Of a DNA stretch of 64,000 nt, positions 60,235 to 64,000 are shown in pieces. This DNA is from an uncultured Chloroflexia bacterium. GTDB lineage: Bacteria; Chloroflexota; Limnocylindria; Limnocylindrales; CSP1-4. Positions within the stretch are counted from its first letter, which is position 1. Every line of letters begins with the position of its first letter. A program made the position numbers and the translations under genes. The stretch is from contig CAWCMN010000005.1 in assembly GCA_963796715.1 (NCBI GenBank), positions 10,199 to 74,198 on the forward strand, read 5' to 3'. Below the pieces are notes generated by a model, which was not told the DNA's origin, ran no database searches, and worked only from the letters and a program-made list of their open reading frames with translations.

Positions 60235-61461
60235 CTACGGCGTGACGCCGGCCGGCGGCTGGATGGCCACCGGGGTCGACCGACGGGTCGCGGTCAGCAT
60301 GGCCTGCAGGACGCCCTGCACACCCCCGCCGGGCCAGCTGTCGGGCGGGAGGCCGGAGACCTGGACGGAGGCCATGCCGAGCTCGCCGTCGGCGAAGACC
60401 CACCAGTCGATCTGGCCGCGCCAGTCGTGCAGGTCCGGCTGGCCGCCTGCCGCGGTGGTCTCGGCGAGCCACTCGAGTTCGGGAAAGCCGCTCAGGGCCA
60501 GGGTGCCGGTCGTCTGCGTCCGGCAGTGGCGTGCCGTGGCGCCGCCCACTTCCTCGAAGCCCACGTCCTCGGCCGCGACGCGCAGGGCCGGCGTCAGGGC
60601 CATCTCGACGACGGCCTCGTCGAGCGTCGGGGCGGGAGCCGTCCGGCCCACCGGCGCAGGGACTGCGCGCCAGGTGCCGGAACCGCTGGCCTCCTGCCAC
60701 GCCTCCCCGTCCACCTCGACATAGGCGCGTGACGAGGTCAGGCCGTCGCGTGTGCCGGTCGCCTGCCACTGTTCGTCGAGGCCTGCGCGCTGGCCGGTGA
60801 CCGTGCTTGTCGCGCGCTGCCGACGGTCCACGGTGGCCGTGGCCGAGATGTCGACCTCGGCGTAGGGACCGGCCGCCAGTGAGCCCTCACACAGCGGCGG
60901 TGTCGTCGCCGCCCCGACGGGCCCGTAGATCGATGACGGCGGAGCGGCAGCTTCCAGGGCCAGGCCGTTGACGAGGATCGCGCCGCCAAGGAGGCTGCCG
61001 CTGGCGAGCGTCAGGACCATCGCCAGCGTCGCGCCGACGATCAGCCGTCGCTGCCGGTCCGCCCCTTCGCCGACGAGCCGGCGGGCGACACCGAGGCCGG
61101 CGAACAGGCAGGTCAGGATGAGGGCCGCGGTGCCCGCGTACATGGCCTCTGGTGAAGGCACGACCAGCGCTGCATCGCCGGCGTCCATCGCCTCGAAGGC
61201 GCCGAACAGCACGGGGATGAGTACCAGGCAGGCCAGCACTCCGAGCCAGCCCATGACCACCGACGAACGGTCGCCGATGGCCAGTGGCGGGTAGCGGACG
61301 GCGAGGGCGGCCACCACGACGGGGCCGAGGGCGGCGATCCCCACCAGCCAGTCGACCGGGCCGCCGGGGTGATAGAAGGCGAGGATGCCGACGACCGCGC
61401 CCGCCCACAGCAGCAGCAGGAACGCCGCGATGAGGCGGAGCTGGAACAGTCGAACGCGCAT
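60235..61461 (-). CDS. Hypothetical membrane protein with extracytoplasmic C-terminal domain
   Basis: Five N-terminal TM helices followed by a soluble beta-rich domain. Confidence 0.72.
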   Translation of the reverse strand: MRVRLFQLRLIAAFLLLLWAGAVVGILAFYHPGGPVDWLVGIAALGPVVVAALAVRYPPLAIGDRSSVVMGWLGVLACLVLIPVLFGAFEAMDAGDAALVVPSPEAMYAGTAALILTCLFAGLGVARRLVGEGADRQRRLIVGATLAMVLTLASGSLLGGAILVNGLALEAAAPPSSIYGPVGAATTPPLCEGSLAAGPYAEVDISATATVDRRQRATSTVTGQRAGLDEQWQATGTRDGLTSSRAYVEVDGEAWQEASGSGTWRAVPAPVGRTAPAPTLDEAVVEMALTPALRVAAEDVGFEEVGGATARHCRTQTTGTLALSGFPELEWLAETTAAGGQPDLHDWRGQIDWWVFADGELGMASVQVSGLPPDSWPGGGVQGVLQAMLTATRRSTPVAIQPPAGVTP

Positions 61462-61503
61462 CGGCGCCGCAGCTTACGCCGTCGCGCCGCCTACCATGCC
61501 CCC

Positions 61504-62355
61504 ATGGCGGACCGACCCTTCGTCAGCCTCCTCAGCGACTTCGGCTCCCGCGACCCGTCGGCGGGCATCATGCGGGCGGTGGTCCTGGGTATCGCGCCGG
61601 AGGCGAACGTGGTCGACCTCTCGCACGACGTGGCGAAATACCAGGTCCGGGACGGCGCGCTCCTCCTCTGGTGCGCGGCGCCATACCTGCCGGTCGGGTC
61701 CCATGTCGCGGTGGTGGACCCCGGTGTCGGCACGGAGCGACGTCCGATCGCCGTGCGGGTGCACCGCGGCGACGTCCTGCTCGGGCCGGACAACGGCCTG
61801 CTGCTGCCAGCCGCCGAGCGGCTCGGCGGGGTCGTCGACGCGCGGCTCCTGGCATCGACCGCCCACCGCCTGCCGGTGGTCTCGAGCTCATTCCACGGAC
61901 GCGACATCTTCGCGCCCGCCGCGGCTCACCTGGCGACCGGCGTCCCGTTCGGGGCGCTGGGCCCGGAGCTCGCGATCGACGGCCTGGTGCGCCTGCCGTG
62001 GCCCGCACCTGAGGTCGGCGCGGGGACGCTCGGGGCCACGATCCTGTACGTGGATACGTTCGGCAACCTGAAGCTGGGCGCCGAGCCGAGCCACCTTCAC
62101 GCGGCCCTCGGAGAGCTGCCATGGGGCACGTCCCTGCGTCTCCGCTCGACCGGCGACCCGACCGGGTTCGTCGTGCCATGGTGCGAGACCTTCGGACGCG
62201 TGGCGCCAGGTCAGCCACTGCTCTACGAGGACTCGTACGGGCGTCTCTGCGTGGCGGTCAACCAGGGCGAAGCTGCCCGCTTGCTCCACCTTCACCAGGA
62301 CGACCGGGTCACCATCGGGGTCGAGGCCGCCAGCACGCAACCCGCCGCGTCGTAG
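61504..62355 (+). CDS. SAM hydroxide adenosyltransferase / SAM-dependent halogenase family (DUF62)
   Basis: SLLSDFG, VAVVDPGVGTERR, GPDNGLL, SSFHGRDIFAPAAA, VDTFGNL. Confidence 0.92.
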   Translation: MADRPFVSLLSDFGSRDPSAGIMRAVVLGIAPEANVVDLSHDVAKYQVRDGALLLWCAAPYLPVGSHVAVVDPGVGTERRPIAVRVHRGDVLLGPDNGLLLPAAERLGGVVDARLLASTAHRLPVVSSSFHGRDIFAPAAAHLATGVPFGALGPELAIDGLVRLPWPAPEVGAGTLGATILYVDTFGNLKLGAEPSHLHAALGELPWGTSLRLRSTGDPTGFVVPWCETFGRVAPGQPLLYEDSYGRLCVAVNQGEAARLLHLHQDDRVTIGVEAASTQPAAS

Positions 62356-62399
62356 CACGGGGTTTGGGTCGGGCCGCCCCGAAGGTCTCGCCCCCCGGC

Positions 62400-62540
62400 T
62401 TTGCACGCAGCGGCGACAGCGACGGAGCAAGGGTCGCGGATCCTGCCTGGAGGCCCCGTTCCTCCGTCGTTCGTTGCGCCCGGCGACAGGAACGGCGGGC
62501 GGAGCGGCGCTCCTCCGTCGCTGTGACCGCTGGATGCAAA
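62400..62540. repeat. 141-bp intergenic inverted-repeat element
   Basis: Arms 62400-62427 and 62513-62540 pair at 24 of 28 positions; inner stem 62456-62463/62488-62495. Confidence 0.75.
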
Positions 62541-62630
62541 ACGCGCCGCCAGCCGCCCCGGCACGTAGCGGCGGGCGCTGGCGCTCGTGTAGACTCGCGG
62601 CTCGGTCGGGGGCACGAGGAGGAGGACGTC

Positions 62631-63584
62631 ATGCGCGCGTCGCTGCTGCGGCTGGGAGCCCTGTCGAGCATCGGGGTCCTGCTCGCGGCGTGTTCCGCCG
62701 GCGCGACCGCCACGCCCACGCCGGCGCCAACGGCGACGCCCGCGTCCAGCGGGACGCCCGCCGCGACGGTAGCGGCCAGTCCGTCGCCGACCGCCGATGC
62801 CTGCGCTCCGAGCAACCTCCAGACGCTCACCCAGGGCAAGCTGACGATCGGCACGGACAACCCGGCGTATCCGCCGTGGTTCGGCGGCGACCCGCCCGCC
62901 GGCTCCACGTGGCAGGTCAGCGATCCGCTCAGCGGGCAGGGCTACGAGAGCGCCACGGCGTACGCCATCGCTTCCAAGATGGGCTTCTCGGGCAGCCAGG
63001 TGGTGTGGGTCGTCGCGTCGTTCGACACCGTCATCCAGCCCGGGCCGAAGGCCTTCGACTTCGACATCAACGAGATCTCCTATAGCGCTGATCGGGCCCA
63101 GGCGGTCGACCTCAGCGATGGTTACTTCGACAACAGCCAGGCCGTCGTGGCCGTGAAGGGCGCGCCGATCACGAGCGCCAAGTCCGTGGGCGACCTCAAG
63201 GCCTACCGGCTGGGCGCGCAGGTGGGCACGACCAGCTACTCCTACATCACCGACACCATCCAGCCGACCACTGCGGCCAAGGTCTACAACGACAGCAACG
63301 GCCCGATCGCGGCCCTCAAGGCCAAGCAGATCGACGGCATCGTCGTCGACCTGGGCACCGCCTTCGAGATCACCGGTGATGGCGAAGTGCCCAACGGCGT
63401 GATCGTGGGTTCGCTGCCGACGGTGGGCACGCCCGAGCACTTCTCGGTCCTGCTCAACAAGGGCAGCGCGCTGACCACCTGTGTCAACCGGGCCATCGAC
63501 GCCCTGCAGGCGGATGGCACGCTCGCCTCGCTGCGCCAGGAGTGGATCGCGAGCCAGGGAGACGCGCCGGCCCTGACGCCCTAG
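62631..63584 (+). CDS. Amino-acid ABC transporter substrate-binding lipoprotein
   Basis: GAGGAGGAGG RBS, lipobox LAAC, LTIGTD.PAYPPW, FDINEIS, LGAQVGTT. Confidence 0.92.
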   Translation: MRASLLRLGALSSIGVLLAACSAGATATPTPAPTATPASSGTPAATVAASPSPTADACAPSNLQTLTQGKLTIGTDNPAYPPWFGGDPPAGSTWQVSDPLSGQGYESATAYAIASKMGFSGSQVVWVVASFDTVIQPGPKAFDFDINEISYSADRAQAVDLSDGYFDNSQAVVAVKGAPITSAKSVGDLKAYRLGAQVGTTSYSYITDTIQPTTAAKVYNDSNGPIAALKAKQIDGIVVDLGTAFEITGDGEVPNGVIVGSLPTVGTPEHFSVLLNKGSALTTCVNRAIDALQADGTLASLRQEWIASQGDAPALTP

Positions 63585-63599
63585 TCCGGCCGGCCCGCC

Positions 63600-64000
63600 A
63601 TGAGCGAGAGCGGGCCGTCGGGGCCTCTCGACATCGGCCTCGGGGTCGAGCCGTCCTTCCAGCTCGGGTCGCCGCTGGCGCCCTCGAACCGTCCGTCGGG
63701 GCGGCGCGGCGTGCTCGTGGGCATCGGCAGCGTCATCGTCGTCTTCGGCCTGCTCGGCTGGATCGTCGTCAACTCGCCCAACTGGCCGCTGGTCCAGGAC
63801 GCGTTCTTCAACGCCAAGTACTTCTGGCGCGCCCTGCCCTACGTGGCCCAGGGCTTCGTGGTGAACATCCAGCTCTGCCTGATATCCGAGGTGCTGGTGC
63901 TGATCTGCGGCCTGGGCATCGCCCTCATGCGGACCGCACCGGGGGCGGTCTTCCTGCCGCTGCGGCTCCTGGCCGTGATCTACTCGGACTTCTTCCGGGG
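63600..64000 (+). CDS. Amino-acid ABC transporter permease (partial, runs off window)
   Basis: Follows the SBP gene; TM segments and Y.DFFRG motif at the window end. Confidence 0.85.
   Translation, partial: MSESGPSGPLDIGLGVEPSFQLGSPLAPSNRPSGRRGVLVGIGSVIVVFGLLGWIVVNSPNWPLVQDAFFNAKYFWRALPYVAQGFVVNIQLCLISEVLVLICGLGIALMRTAPGAVFLPLRLLAVIYSDFFR

Noticed and set aside
62400-62630. Riboswitch or T-box upstream of the amino-acid ABC transporter
   Set aside because: No T-box, SAM, glycine or lysine riboswitch signature seen, and the likely -10 box lies downstream of the hairpin.

Overview
High-GC bacterial chromosomal segment. Gene content, GAAC-N4-GTTC LexA boxes and an auracyanin/azurin-like lipoprotein suggest Chloroflexota, possibly Limnocylindria (inference). 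It is mostly housekeeping: dnaB, lexA (1-nt frameshift), rplI, dinB, an ATP-dependent ligase, ku, tatA, rpiA, rpe, gnd, pntAB and an amino-acid ABC transporter, plus two large STAND-type regulators and several decayed or chimeric genes. I found no rRNA, CRISPR array, integrase or transposase. Main leads: (1) a 160-173 bp REP/MITE-like element with conserved 23-bp inverted termini, in three copies, two of which bracket an HTH + PD-(D/E)xK nuclease gene; (2) a tRNA with anticodon UAU (Ile); (3) a lower-GC block of TPR/BTAD regulator C-terminus, tiny hydrophobic peptide and membrane HD-GYP N-terminus, resembling a swappable peptide-signalling cassette; (4) a small DUF6504/ImuB-C-like gene behind dinB with two SOS boxes; (5) ku followed by a ligase-like gene lacking the catalytic lysine; (6) a WYL regulator coupled to a ClpN-RidA fusion; (7) a 614-bp tandem duplication of a truncated DUF6036-like nucleotidyltransferase module; (8) many apparently leaderless genes. 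All family assignments come from motif recognition without database searches.
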